Shown: piece after piece, positions 38,180 through 50,911 of the stretch | Layout: each line of letters opens with the position of its first letter | How positions within the stretch are numbered: position 1 is the first letter of the stretch | Assembly: GCA_047967505.1 (NCBI GenBank) | Contig: CM106538.1 | From: Dipteris shenzhenensis | Taxonomy: Eukaryota | DNA: 64,000 bases | Direction: 5' to 3' (one strand) | Translations under genes and position numbers: made by a program | The notes under the pieces: model-generated | Databases searched by the model: none | Seen by the model: the letters and a program-made list of their open reading frames with translations, nothing else | What the model was told of the DNA's origin: nothing

Positions 38180-41100
38180 GAGAGCTCATTTGAAGTTAGG
38201 ATCGTTTTGAAACGAGAACCTCAATATTTGAGCTTTGATAGAGAGGAGGTTTCAATCCTCTCCAATCCTTTAAAAGAGGTTAATGACAATGTTATCTTGG
38301 CCATTCTCAGGTAACGTTTGTTTATTTGTTACTACTTCAATGAGCTAACATTTGTTTATTTATTTACAGTGTAGTTATATATCAGTTTCCTAGTGTAGAA
38401 TGCAAATCAATTCTATGAGCTAACGTTTGTTTATTTCTTGGTGCAGTGTAGTTATTTCTCAGCTTCCTAGTGTAGTGCAGCATCGTGTCTACATGCTCAA
38501 TGCTCTCCTTTCTTCTATTCTTAGCTCTCCTCAAAAGACTATAGAAGATGTTTGTACCTGGTTAAGCCCTTTGAATTTAGATGGAGTGTGAGTCATCTTT
38601 ATGCCTTATCATGAGGTGTAAGTATCAACTCTAACCTTATTTTTACTATTTCTTTGGCAAGTTTGTGTAAAACAATAATCATTTTTATTCTAGTCGTGTA
38701 GCTCACATTGGAGTCTGATCGCTTGGGACCTTGAACTCAACTGTTTGTGGTTTGTGAATTCAATGAAAGGCTATCATGCCAACTCCCCAAGGTAATTATT
38801 CTCTTAATATTTTTTATACTTTCTTATTTTGTATCTTATGATCATGACATATTAATATATTTAATATGCCATGATGGACAGTGCTACATATCAGCTAGTA
38901 TCTGCTATCAGAACAACCACGGAGCAACAAGACCAAGTAGAATTCAAAAGACGTATGCCAGTGGAGCAAAAAGATGGGCACAGCTGTGGGTGGAGAGTTG
39001 CCTACAACTGCATGTTGTTTCTTAGAGAGATTTTTGATTTGGAGTTACCAGTCAAAATGGAATCATATACAGAAGCCGATCTGCTAGCATTTTGGGCTAA
39101 GAGTATTTAGCGTCTAATTGCTACCATTGGGAAACAATCTGAAAATATGACTACATTGCAGCATGTATAAAACCTTATCTTTATACTTGTATGCTTGTTC
39201 AAGCCTTTAATTGGGATGTGTAAGTCTCATAACTTTTTAAATTTTTCCTCTAAGAGGAGGAGAGACTCACTCTAATGAAAGCATGTATGAAACCTTATTT
39301 TTAAATTTTTGCTCCAAGAGGAGGAGAGACTCACTCTAATGAAAGCATGTATGAAACTTTATCTGCTTGTTTAAGCCTTTATTTGGGATGTGTACATCAC
39401 ATAACTTTTTTATATTTTTATAGCAGAAGGAGGATGTAGAAGACATAGCAAGTGAAGAAGAATACGATGTAGACTACTCTCTCAATAAGATGAGTCATGA
39501 AAATATGAATATATTGGAGCAGATTGGAAGTTCATTCACCGCTATGTTGTTAATTCGACAACAACCTCATTTTTTTGAATTTGGTGAAGAAGAGATTTCA
39601 ATCCTCTTGAATCCTAAGAAAGAGGTTAATGTCAAAGTCATTACAACCATCCTCAGGTTTGATGCAGCCTTTTCCTTGGCTTTATACTTTGCTTATTTTG
39701 ATTAAACCCAAGAAGCTAATACTTTTTTTTTTAATATAGTAATGTTATAGCAAATTTTCTGCAAAATATACAAAGCATTTCATATATGCTCAATCCTCGT
39801 ATTTCAGAAGTGCTTAGCAACAAAGAAGAAACCATAGAGGATGTTTGCAAGTGGTTGAAGCACGTTCCTATGAATGATGCACGAGTTATTTTTACAGCAT
39901 ATTATGAGAAGTAAGCATCAAACCCTACTTGTTTTTTCTATTGCATTGCTAGAATTGTCTCAAACACAGTAATTATTCTTTATTGATAATGCAGCTCACA
40001 TTGAAGTCTGGTAGTCGTAGACATCTTTGCGAAGAAGTGCTTCTTTGCCAACTCAATGACATCTGTCCATGACACTGTGTTAAAGTAAGTATAGACTACA
40101 CTTGTTGTCACTTCTTGACATGTAGATTGATATGCAATGCACATATTCACTATTGATATGTTTTGATGTGCAGATCAGCTCGAAAGTTAGTAGGTGCTAT
40201 CGACAAAGTAATGCGGCAATGTGACTTGGCACAACAAATAGAGTATATAACATGTCAGGTATCATATCAAGAGAATAGCCACATCTATAATTGTGGATGG
40301 AGGGTGGGCTACAATTGCTTTTTGGTACTTGGTCAAATTTTTGAGATACAAAATGACACAACACTGTCAACATATACGGATTTGCATCTCTATGCATTTA
40401 TAACATGTACCATTCGAGCAATCATTAAGGGCAACATTATGGACCCTCCCACAAGGCAAATAGATGATAATGGCTTAGAGGAGTATGAAATGAATGCCGT
40501 CAAAGAGTCAAAGGGAATAGAAGACCTCAACTCTACAAACATGGCTTCATTGGAAGAATTGGGAAGCTCTTTTGATGTTAGGGTTATGATTCAACATAGA
40601 CCTCAGTATCTTGAATTTGGGGCAGAGGAGATTTCAATCCTCTCTAGAGCTTCAAATGAGGTCAATAACAACATTATGATGGCCATTCTCAGGTTTGATA
40701 CAAACTTTTTCTCTGCTTGATAATTCAATATTTTGATTAAATCTAATAAGCTAATATTCATTTATTTGTTGGTGCAGTATAGTTATCTCACGATTAAGTA
40801 GAGCCGTACAAAACCGTGTGTATATGTTGGATTCCCTCCTTTCTCCTATACTTAGCGATAGCAAAAAGACGATAGCCAATGTTTGTAAATGGTTACAGCC
40901 TTTACATTTACATGGCATGTGAGTCCTATTTATGGCATATCAGGAGATGTATCATGGCAACCTTTATTTTTATCTTATACTGGCAACATTGTGTTAAATA
41001 ATAATGGTTCTTAATTATTCGTGTAGGGAACATTGGAGTCTGGTGGTTTGGGACCTTGAAGACAACTATTGTTGGTTTGTTAACTCGATTGCAGGCTTCC

Positions 41101-41480
41101 ATGGCTCAGTGCAAACGTAAGTATTCTATTAATCTGTTGTTACTTCTATATTATGTACCTTATGTAATAGACACACTAAGTTTTTTTAATATGTCATGAT
41201 GAGCAGGTCGATTGAGAAGTTGGTATCTGCTATCATAGAAACAGGACAGTACAAAGACTCGGTAGACTTCCAAAAGCATTTAGTAGTAGAGCAGGAAGAT
41301 GGGCATAGTTGTGGGTGGAGAGTTGCCTACAATTGCATGTTGATTTTCAAAGAAATTTTCTCACTTAATCCATAGATCTCATCGGAAGACTCTTTGGAGC
41401 TCAAATATTCAGAGGAGGATATACAATTGTTTAGGGCTGAAATCATTCGAGACCTAATTGCTGCCATTAGAATACAACGT
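38180..41480 (+). pseudogene. Three tandem intron-containing Ulp1-like (peptidase C48) domains
   Basis: Each unit has EEISIL-N/S-xxxEVN, VYMLN/D, IFMPY, HWSL (38706, 39999 as H*SL, 41031), F(V/A)NS and Qxx..CGWRV (Cys codons at 38985, 40292, 41310), with GT-AG introns at equivalent positions. Confidence 0.8.
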
Positions 41481-41983
41481 GCAACTGAAGCAATATCAGT
41501 GCTTGCATTTAAGGAAGAGGAGACTGAGTCTACTGTGAAAGCACTGCACACTATAGAAGAAGTAGAGGCTCAATGTACACCTACAACACCATAGCCTCCA
41601 CTGGAAGCATCAGAAGAGTTGCCACAGCCTCCGCTTGCATTTAAGGAAGAGGATACTGAGTCTACTCTAAAAGCACTACATACTACAGAAGAAGTAGAGA
41701 CTGATCTAAAGCACCACAGCCTCCATTGGAAGCATCAGAAGAGTTGCCACACTCTCCACTAGAAGCATCAGAAGAGTTGTGATGCATGTATGATGTTGTG
41801 TTTGTAGTTTTTGTTGATTATACACCAATTTGTGACTTATTACTTAAGTGGCATTTACTGATGATATTTATATAATTATTTCATGCACATAATTTTATGA
41901 TATGAATGTGTGATAATGTGATTATTTGGAAATATAACCTTGTGTGATGAGAATTTTGATATGAATATGTGATGATGTAATAT

Positions 41984-42842
41984 TTGTAATATATTTCACT
42001 CGCAAGTATCGATTCCCAATGCTCCACTCACTTAAAGTATAGCATTCCCAATGCTCTGCAAAATTTTATTCAATTGGACAGTCTCCACTCACTTAAAGTA
42101 GAGCATTCCCAATGATTCTCTCACTTTATTCCAACCCTTATCCTTATCATAGCGAGCACATCGTGCCTTAGTGCACTTGTATTCTTCCATCCTAGTCCTT
42201 CCACAAATGCTCTCTTATTTCTTACATCCTAGTCCTTTTGATTAACTTGTATTCGTCTTTCACTTTACATCTTCCCTCACTTTCTATCCCTTCAAGACAC
42301 TCTCTTATTTCTTACATCCTAGTCCTTCTAATTAACTTGTATTCATCTTTCACTTTACGTCTTTCCTCACTTTCTATCACTCTCTCTCTCTCTCACTTGT
42401 AATATATTTCACTCGCAAGTATCAATTCCCAATGCTCCACTCACTTAAAGTATAGCATTCCCAATGCTCTGCAAAATTTTATTCAGTTGGACAGTCTCCA
42501 CTCACTTAAAGTAGAGCATTATCAATGCTTCTCTCACTTTATTCCAACCCTTATCCTTATCATAGTGAACACATCATGCCTTAGTGCACTTGTATTCTTC
42601 CATCCTAGTCCTTCCACAAACACTCTCTTATTTCTTACATCCTAGTCCTTCTCAGTAACTTGTATTCTTCTATCCTAGTCCTTCCACAAACACTCTCTTC
42701 TTTCATCCATCCTAGTAACTTGTATTCTTCTATCCTAGTTCTTCCACAAACACTCTCTTCTTTCATCCATCCTAGTGCTTCTCATTAACTTGTATTCTTC
42801 CATCCTAGTCCTTCCACAAACACTCTCTTCTTTCTTCCATCG
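41984..42842. repeat. 413-bp-period duplication plus ~60-70-bp CT-rich tandem repeats
   Basis: ttgtaatatatttcactcgcaag starts at 41984 and at 42397; aacttgtattcttc(c/t)atcctagtccttccacaaacactctctt repeats several times. Confidence 0.85.
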
Positions 42843-42877
42843 TAGTCCATCTCCCTTTCTTTATCATCTCCCCACCC

Positions 42878-43330
42878 ATGGATGTCCTTGGCATTGTCGA
42901 AGACGTGGAGTTCGGAATTAACAGTCTCAAAGAATGGATTGCTGACCAAGGAGCACAGAGAGAGGCCAGAATTCGATAAGGTTCTCCTTTGACACACATG
43001 GAGAGAGAGGAATTTGATGCACAAAGGCACGCAGAGAGGGAGGAGACTCTCAAGATAGCAGAGAGTGAAAGACTTTTAAGACGTATGATAAAAGCACGAC
43101 AAGATCTCTTAGACTTCTTAAGTAACCTTTGTTATCGCAGCTCTCGTCATGGGCGATTTGATGCGGATGCTGAGAGAACAATAAGAGCCTCACAAAGAAA
43201 TTATAAAGAAACAATTTGTGACTGCTTAAATTACTTCTTTGCATGTAATTATGTTGAGGATACAGCTATGGAGGCAGTGAAAGATTGGGTTATTGAGAAG
43301 ATAAGAGAGACCAATGATGAGATCTTCTAG
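42878..43330 (+). pseudogene. Small cargo ORF of unknown function (150 codons, one in-frame stop)
   Basis: ATG 42878 is in frame with ORF 42989-43330, with a single TAA at 42977. Charged, helical composition. Confidence 0.45.
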
Positions 43331-43744
43331 ACTTTGGGTGATTAAGAAGATAAGAGAGACCAAGATGAGATCTTCTAGGAGCTAATGTATTAAGGTGTTT
43401 TTTGACACCATATGGCTTTAAGTTATATGATCTACTTCTTGTACAAATGTGATGTGCTCTTTTTGAAATGTACTCTAGTTTTAATAACATGTCACACCAT
43501 TTTTTCTAATTTGATTTTTTAAAATCTTACTTTTTGTCTCTTTTAACAATGTGATGTCCTCTATTTTTAATGTACTCTAGTTTTAATAACATCTCACGTC
43601 ATTTTTTCTAATTTGATTTTTTAAAATCTTCCTTTTTGACTCAATGTTTTGTTTTATAAGAGCCTCTTTTTTTTAAATGTTTTATCCAAAATTATCTCAC
43701 AAAATGAATTTGGACAGTGCACGAGTCCAAAATTAATGAAATAC

Positions 43745-44781
43745 AAGATCTACGAGGATGCAAAGGTAAGAAGACAAGGAGAAAGGGCCCTCTTTCGTAC
43801 ACACCATAGATCTCGTGTGCCATACCCTCAGCATCTAAGAGCACTTCCAAAGGATATTCATATGGATTGGCTACTTGACAAAATGGAGAGAGCAAAGAGA
43901 GACAAGGGGATGCATATCACAATGGAAGAATGGGAATATGCTAGGGGATGCATGAGTAAGGTCGGTATATAGAATGTTATGCATAAGTTAGGAGCTTTCA
44001 ACAATTTAGATCACTTATTTAATTTATTTTGTCTTGGTGTAGTGTACTATGTTCAATGCTATATGGTGTGATGGCAAGCATTTTTGAACACAACGGATTG
44101 ATGATAAGAGAAACACACAAGATTGCGACATCATTGCTAGCTTTTAGGGAGCCAATGGAGCCATGGATGATTATTGTGCGTTTTGGATGTAAAGTGGTTT
44201 AAGAACGTGGTGGAAAGAGGCCATAATGCAACAATCAAATGCCATGTAAGTGGCTTTGTTACTATTGACTCCACAAAGTTTTGGCAAAGTAAGAAGGACA
44301 CACTAGTACTACCACAACAATGTGAACAGGTATTGTATACACATATAAAAATACTCACTTTTAAATATTTGATACCTTCGATGCAAAGAAAATAACATGA
44401 TTGTATTTGTGTTTGAATTAGGTTGTCTATTAACCAATGGTGGATAATAATAGGTGGTGGCATGTCATACCTATTATGCCATGTTCCAAAGTGATGTATA
44501 CTACATTTACTAATATGGAGCATATGGAGGACGATCATGGCCATGGAGGTGATGATGACCGTGATACAAGAGAGGAGGATGACCATGAGATAGGAGATAT
44601 AGATATTGAGGCCATTACCCGTGAGGACGAGCCTACCATTGGTGATGCTGATTTCGATGAGCACATGAGTAGCACAAGTAGTAGTGGGCTAAATGTATTT
44701 GTAGATCTCAACACTGGTTTGGATTTTGAAGTAGATAGTTTGGCAAGGGTTGATCTCATTGAGGATGAGATTGAACCATAG
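43745..44781 (+). pseudogene. CACTA transposase 3' part (DUF4216-like region and acidic tail)
   Basis: KIYEDAK...EWEYARGC, intron, QRIDDKRNTQDC, VLDVKWF...SGFVTIDS...LVLPQQCEQV, intron, RWWHVI, followed by a D/E-rich tail. Confidence 0.85.
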
Positions 44782-45381
44782 CCCATCATTGATATTGGCA
44801 AAACTATTTTACATATTGTCTCATTCTCCTCACCTCAATTTTTGTATATGTGGTTTGACAAAAAGCATTGATATTTTTGTTAAAATTATGTGCTTTGGTA
44901 ATCATGGGCAATGTTTGGAAAGCAGTGATGTACATTTATTAGCCTACACCAAAATCTCACTTTCTATATTCTTTGTTTTGCATCTAAATCTGCGTCTAAT
45001 TCACAGTGCAGATGCGCTATTAGATGCACCCGTATTTTCACTCTTCTAGTAGCGCCTGTAGATGCGCCCGCTATTTTGTGCGTCTATTAAATGCATCTAT
45101 AGTTGTTTTGTCTCGTTGTGATCCGAATTTACTAGCAACCAAATTGTGCTCAAGGACAACCAACTTCAATGTTGAACCCTATATTAGTCGAGACCCAATC
45201 TCTTGAATTTTTCAAAAATCACAATTCGTAGCAATATTTAAAGGTGTCAATTCAAACTCTTCCGCCATTCCAATAGGACAACTTTGACCTGAGGAAGTGG
45301 ATCCTCAATTTGAATATGATGTAGAGTATCTAATGTATTATCTAGAAGGAACAGAAGGCTTGATCCCTAAATATTTAAATC

Positions 45382-48300
45382 TGTTAGATATCAATGCTAC
45401 ACTCTCATGTAACTACACGGGAACCAGCTAACTCTACTTGTAAGCCCCCCATATGAGGAGAAGGCATTTAAGTAGCTCGATTATCTGGTAGGTCCTGGTT
45501 TGGACACTAGATGGGGGCCATGTGTGGCCTGATGGCTGGACGGAGTTGGCACACTGTCAACTAGGCTACATGCAAGTACGGGAAGGCATCCCATGACTAT
45601 GACCGCATTGAGGGTAGACGGAGCATTTCTCAAGGCAACCCACTCTCAAGTTGCGGGGCCCGTTTGGAGCCCCAGATGATCTCGGATGGCTCTGCGAATG
45701 GTGTCCATAGGTCAGTTGCTCTATTTTGCGCACCGGTTCTATCGTGTGGTCAGTGGCCTATTTTGGGACGGACCCCCCATCGGCCGTTTTGGGCGGACTA
45801 GGTCGATCACCCCATTGGGTCTAACTGACTATGACTGGTAGCTATATAAGAGCAAGCCTGTGAAGCCCATTTCATCACTGGCTATAGCAACCCTAATTCC
45901 TTAGCATCCAGCCTCCATCCTCTACTGTTTCTAGATCGCCATCGAAGCTTCTCTCACAGGAGCACACGGCTGGGATGTAGCGCCATCTATTGTATCAGTT
46001 CTACAGTAATCAAATTTTTTATTCTCCATACTATCTGCTTTTCTCTCTTGCGTACAAGATCCTATTATCTGTTGAGCACAGACGTTGCATTGTTTTCTTA
46101 CATGGTATCAGAGCTTGGGCTCTAGCAAGAAGATTTGGTAGTGTGTTTCTATTTGCGAGCAGATTGTGAGAGATGGCCCAGCCCACAAGACTGCAAATCC
46201 CACCATTCGACAAAAGCAGAAAGTTGGACAGCTCTAACTATCCACTCTAGAAGTTCAAGATAAAGACCATCCTAAGTGCATAGGAGCTTTCGGATACTAC
46301 TACTGGGGTGGACATGAAGCCGGTTCCGAGACCGAATCCGGCCAATGCAGCACAACAAATAGTACCAATTGCGGATGAGATTCTCGCATGGACAAGAAGA
46401 AATGCAGATGCGCTGTGTTCTATTGTCTACAGTGTAAGTGATTCTGTCATGGCATTAATTCAACATGTCACCACAGTGGAGGAGGCATGGATGGACTTGA
46501 AAAATCAGTAGGAGACCACGAATCAGATGCGGATTCAGAATCTAGAGACTCAACTCGTGAACAAGAAACTGTCTGAGTCTGAAATGGCAGAGAATTTCAT
46601 CACCAAGGTGAAGAATCTATGTGATCAGATGACTGCGATTGGCATCACCATCACCAACGAGAATCTAGCATGAAGGTGCATACAGATTCTCCCACCAAAG
46701 TATGATGGTCTTGTAATGGTGCTGAATACACATAACAGAAATCCACCCCTCAACTTTGAGGATTTCAGCGCAATGCTTCTGGAGGAGGAGATGCGTCAAA
46801 AGATGAGGACTGGAGAAGATTTGACTTCCTACGCTAGATCAAAGAAAGGTAAGGGTAAGGACTCTGGTAACCCATCTTCTTCTGATGATAAAAAGAGAAA
46901 GAAGAAGATCAAGTGTTTCTATTGCAACAAGGCAAAGCATAAGCAGAATGAGTGCCGAAAGAAGAATGCAAATGAGAAGAACGGAGTAAAGAAAGAGTCC
47001 AGCAATAGCACGCAGGCAGTACCAGTAGAGCTGTTCATAGCAATTGAGGAGATTTGCACGGAGGCAGTTCATGTACCTGCAGATGAACCTTCGATCATTG
47101 ACAATGGTGCATCACGCCACATGACCAGTTAGAAGGATTGGTATACCTCTCTACATCCGGTAGGGAATGACATCTTGGTAGCAGTCGGCAATGATGCAAA
47201 ATGTCCAGCAAAAGGAAAAGGTACGATTGCTCTCAAGTCAGATGGAGTTGTAAAATAGTTGTCCGATGTTCTTTATGTGCCAGATATCAAGAAGAACTTG
47301 TTGTCCATTTTTGCGATCACGAATCAGAACCTCAAAGTTCAATTTGATAAGAATGGCGCACGGATTTTGGATCTTCAAAGGAAGGTAGTTGGTAAAGGTA
47401 CATGGCGCAACAACGTCTACGAACTCTCAGCTTTCAGTGCTCGAGCGGATGTGAAGAACACTAAGCTATGGCATGAGAGGTATGGTCATCTAAACCTTAG
47501 TTCTTTGAAGGAGATGCATAAAAGTGGAATGATTGTAGACCTACCAGAAATTATAGATCTACCCGATGTATGTGAAGCTTGCATTATGGGCAAGCAGCAT
47601 CGGCGACCCTTTCCTAAAGAGGCCAGCAAGGCAAAGGCTCCTCTAGAGCTCATTCACACGGACCTTTGCAGAAAGATGGAGACGAAAGCTTTGGGTGGTT
47701 CCTACTACTTCATGATGCTGATTGACGACTACAGTAGAAGGATATGGATATACTTCCTAAAGACTAAAGATGAGGCTTTTAGTAAGTTCAAAGAATGGCA
47801 TGTAATGGTCGAGAAAGAATCGGGGATGAAGGTGAAGAAGTTGAGATCAGATAGAGGTGGAGAGTTCACATCAAGTGAATTCGAAAGTTACTGCAAAAGT
47901 CACGGGATCAAGAGGCAGAAACCCCCGCCATATACATCATAGCAAAATGGAGTAGCAGAATGCAAGATGCGTGTCATTTGCAAAATGGGCAGGAGTTTGA
48001 TGAAAGGGGAAGATTTGCCAAAGACTTTCTGGGCTGAAGCATGTAACATGACAGTTTACATTCTAAATCGTAGTAGCTACCTGAAGGCTGTGAACAGGAT
48101 GACTCCACTGCAGGCCTTTTCTAGTAAGAAACCTTCAGCTGCACATTTCAGAGTTTTTGGATGTGACTCTTTTGTGCATGTCCCTGATGCTAACACAACT
48201 AAATGGGAACCGAAGAGCCGGAAGTGTATTTTCTTGGGCTACAGTGAAGAGGCAAAGGGTTACCATCTCTATAACCCTGTTACTAAGAAGGTAATAGTAA

Positions 48301-50906
48301 GTTGCAATGTGGTCTTCTCAAAATAGCTGCATCAATTGGAGGAGGATGCTTCCTTCCCAGACAAGCGGGACTAGGATATCCATCCAGTACAACCACCAAC
48401 AGTAAACCGAACTCCCCTAACAGTGCTTGGGAGGATTCAAGATAAAGAAGAGAAAGAAGAGCCTGCAGAACCACAACAGAAACGGCCATTCCCGAAGTGG
48501 GTAAAGCAGCTTTTGGACGGCAGAGAACCTCTAGCCATTGAGGAGAAACCATCTGAACACCACCGGTCCAAGAGATTAGAGAAGCAAAGAAGGGTGTAGG
48601 AACACTTGGTCAACTATGCTTTGATGACATAGGTGATCTGTGCTGATGAACCCAAGTGTCTTGAAGAGGCACAGGCTGATGATAGGTGGATGGAGGCTAT
48701 GCAGTCAGAGTATGGCTCCATAATGAAGAACAACACTTGGGACCTTGTGGATTGACCACCAAAACACAAGTTAATCGGCACCAAGTGGGTGTACAAGACC
48801 AAGTACAAGTCTGACGGCACATTGGATAAGTACAAGGCTCGGCTCATGGCAAAAGGATTTGCACAGGTACATGGATTTGATTATCAGGATACTTTTGCTC
48901 CCACAGCTTGACTAACCAGAATTCGCAATGTTTTGGCTTTAGCTGCCCAGGGAAGTTGGCCCGTGTTTCAGATGGATGTAAAATCTGCCTTTCTAAATGG
49001 AGATCTTAAGGAGGAGGTATACATGGAACAACCACCAAGTTTTGAGATCCTCGGTTTAGAAGGTAAAGTCTGTAAACTAAAGACACTTTACGGGCTGAAT
49101 TAGGCCCCACGAGCGTGGTACCAATGAATTGATGCCTACTTTCTACAAAACAGGTTCAAGAGGAGCTCATCTGATGCAAATTTGTTTATCTTCAGAGAAG
49201 GAGGCAGGTGTATGATCGTGGTCCTTTATGTGGACGACCTTGTCATAACAGGGAATCATGAAGAGAAGATCTCATAGACAAAGCATTTGCTAGGAAGAGA
49301 GTTTGAAATGACCGACCTCGGATTGATGCATTTCTGTTTAGGGATTGAAGTTTGGCAAGAGCCAAGATAGATCATCTCACAGCTGAAATATGCTGGAGAG
49401 ATACTGAAGGAATTTGGCATGGCTGAAAGCAAGACAGTTTGCACCCCTATGGAGGTTGACGTGAAGCTCTCAAACGAGGATTCATCACCACTGGTGGACG
49501 AAGCAAAGTACAGAAGGCTTGTGGGTAGATTGATTTACTTGTGCAACATGCGGCTAGACATCAGCTTTGCGACTGGTGTACTAAGCAGGTTTTCCAATAA
49601 GCCCCGAGAGAACCATTGGAGAGCAAGGATGTGGGTGCTGAAATACATCAAAGGCACACTTGATTATGGCATCACCTATACCAAGGGCAACATCTTGACC
49701 AGATTCTGTGACTCGAATTGGTTAGGAGACGTGGACAACAGGAGATCAATGATAGGTTACTATTTCTCACTTGGATGTGGAGCTGTGTCATGGGTCAGCA
49801 AGAAGCAACCCATAGTTGCTCTTTCTTCTGCTAAGGCCGAGTACAAATCAACACACTTTGCTTCTTGCGAGGCAGTATGGTTGGGGAGAATTTTAGGGGA
49901 CATGGGTGCAGTGCAGCACAAGCCAACACGGTTATCATGTGACAATCAGAGTTGCATGGCGATTGCAAAGAACCCTGTGTTCCACGCTCACACAAAACAC
50001 ATTGAGATTCAATATCGCTTTGTACGCGAGCTCATCATGGATGGAGAGGTCGACTTGGTGTACTTTTCGACTACAGAGAATGCTGCAGACATCTTCACGA
50101 AGGCTCTTGGAAGACTTGCTGGAGAGGCATCTTCACCGACTTGGCATTGGCCCGAAAAAATAAGTTCACTTGTGGGTGGACATTGAGGGGGGTGTTAGAT
50201 ATCAATGCTCCACTCTCGTGTAACTACGTGGGATCCAGCTAACTCTACTTATAAGCCCCCCATATGAGGAGAAGGCATTTGAGTAGCTCGGTTATCCGGT
50301 AGGTCCTGGTTTGGACACCAGATGGTGGCCATGTGTGGCCTGATCGTTAGACGGAGTTGGCACACTACCAACTAGGCTACATGCAAGTGCAGGAAGGCAT
50401 CCCATGACTGATCGCATTGAGGGTAGATGGAGCATTTCTCGGGGCAACCCACTCTCGGGTTGTGGGGCCCCTTTGGAGCCCCAGATGATCCCGGATGGCT
50501 CTGGGTCAAATGGTCACCATAGGTTTGTTGCTCTATTTTACGCACCGGTTCTATCATGTGGTCGGTGGCCTACTGACCCCCAGTCGGCCATTTTGGGCGA
50601 ACTGGGTCGGTCACCCAATTGGGTCTAACCGACTACGACTGGTAGCTATATAAGAGCAAGCCTGTGAAGCCCATTTCATCACTGGCTATAGCAATCTTGA
50701 TTCCTTAGCATCCAGCCTCCGTTCTCTACTATTTCTAGATTGCCATCGAAGCTTCTCTCACAGGAGGGCACGGCTGGGAGGCAGCGCCATCTATTGTATC
50801 AGTTCTACAATAATCAAATTTTTGATTCTCCATACAATCTGCTTTTCTCTCTTGCGTATGAGATCTTGTTATCTGTTGAGCACAGAGGTTGTATTGTTTT
50901 CTTACA
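45382..50906 (+). mobile_element. Full-length Ty1/copia LTR retrotransposon (copy 1)
   Basis: LTRs 45382-46102 and 50193-50906 (TG...CA), TSD AAATC (45377-45381 and 50907-50911), tRNA-iMet PBS TGGTATCAGAGC at 46103, PPT GAGGGGGG before 50193. Confidence 0.97.
46173..50163 (+). pseudogene. Copia gag-pol polyprotein, disrupted
   Basis: Zinc knuckle CFYCNKAKHKQNEC, protease IIDNGAS, integrase LWHERYGH...CEAC...LRSDRGGEF, RT LYVDDL, RNase H CDNQS...KHIEI...ADIFTK; many stops and frameshifts. Confidence 0.95.
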
Positions 50907-50911
50907 AAATC

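Larger units (their letters stand above)
14714..43744 (-). mobile_element. Giant (~29 kb) unclassified DNA transposon with Sola1/DUF7869-like transposase, internal satellite arrays and ParB-like/Ulp1 cargo
   Basis: Perfect 20-bp inverted repeats TATTTCATTAATTTTGGACT (14718-14737) and AGTCCAAAATTAATGAAATA (43724-43743). Removing the segment plus one AA copy restores the host CACTA frame KRWL-K-IYEDAK. Confidence 0.85.
11135..45120 (+). mobile_element. CACTA/CMC (En/Spm-like) DNA transposon, internally deleted and interrupted by a 29-kb nested element
   Basis: Left TIR CACAACAAGACAAA (11135-11148, duplicated at 7800-7813) and right TIR TTTGTCTCGTTGTG (45107-45120) match at 13/14. The 3-bp TSD ATC is at 11132-11134 (and 7797-7799) and at 45121-45123. 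GCGTCTA/TAGACGC motif clusters occur at 12600-13200 and 44980-45100, with En/Spm transposase fragments inside. Confidence 0.85.

Noticed and set aside
14714-43744. Classification of the giant element as Helitron/Helentron, Replitron or Crypton
   Set aside because: The ends are suggestive, but no HUH Rep, helicase or tyrosine recombinase motif is visible inside; the only mobility gene has DDD-type motifs.
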